From Antedon mediterranea (lineage: Eukaryota; Animalia; Echinodermata), in NCBI RefSeq assembly GCF_964355755.1, contig NC_092674.1, forward strand, positions 22,196,001 through 22,260,000: a stretch of 64,000 nucleotides of DNA, given 5' to 3'. The position numbers and the translations under genes are program-made. Positions 63,701 through 64,000 of this stretch are shown in pieces; the first letter of the stretch is position 1, and each line of letters starts with the position of its first letter. The notes under the pieces are model-generated. The model did no database searches and was not told the DNA's origin. It saw only the letters and a program-made list of their open reading frames with translations.

Positions 63701-63996
63701 GTTATCATAGCTAGTCATCATGCGACAGTTTCTTTTTCTGTGACATTCCACCACGACTTCTTCCTTGTTTACTGTGGGCATACTTTTAGGTTTATTATCC
63801 ATTACATTATGTTGGCATTTCATTGTCTATAACATAACCATGATTTTATATTTAACAATAATTATAGATAACAACAACGTTGAACTTGATGAAGATATCT
63901 TAAACGAAATAATGATGACATATTTAGAAAATGATGAAGATGGAAATGAACAAACCAGAAACGATATTTTAGTAGGCCTCAATGAAGATGATGAAG
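60727..63996 (+). CDS. Uncharacterised acidic secreted precursor, 3'-partial; exons 60727-61213, 62520-62654 (alternative end 62699), 63868-63996
   Basis: Acceptor at 60700. Signal peptide MELTMTRLLLVTIVGAILPVSMVSA, then KK sites and a D/E-rich body. All introns are phase 1 GT-AG and the joined frame stays open. The last donor (GTAA) is at the window end. Confidence 0.85.
61331..61672. mobile_element. Decayed copy of the 2425-2773 MITE
   Basis: CCCATTTATACTA...TAGTATAAATG ends and a shared internal core. Confidence 0.6.
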
Positions 63997-64000
63997 GTAA

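Overview
This is AT-rich, intron-containing animal genomic DNA. An invertebrate deuterostome, probably an echinoderm, is inferred from a Deu-domain SINE and the gene sequences. No prokaryotic systems or CRISPR arrays are present. Five genes could be spliced together by hand: (1) the 3' part of U2SURP/SR140 (+, 11 exons); (2) a complete RNASEH2B (+, 9 exons, C-terminal PIP box); (3) a single-coding-exon ankyrin-repeat gene (-); (4) an unrecognised 3-exon, 223-aa coiled-coil gene (-); (5) the 5' part of an unrecognised, very acidic secreted precursor (+) that runs off the window end. Introns and intergenic DNA hold many mobile elements: a LINE RT nested in a long-TIR element with a perfect 8-bp TSD, a decayed Academ transposon with a nested CR1, Helentron-associated (HINE-like) elements, Harbinger-, Kolobok- and hAT-like MITEs, CORE-like and Deu-domain SINEs, Penelope remnants with decayed hammerhead motifs, minisatellites and tiny palindromic insertions. 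All family assignments come from motifs recognised by eye; no database search was run.
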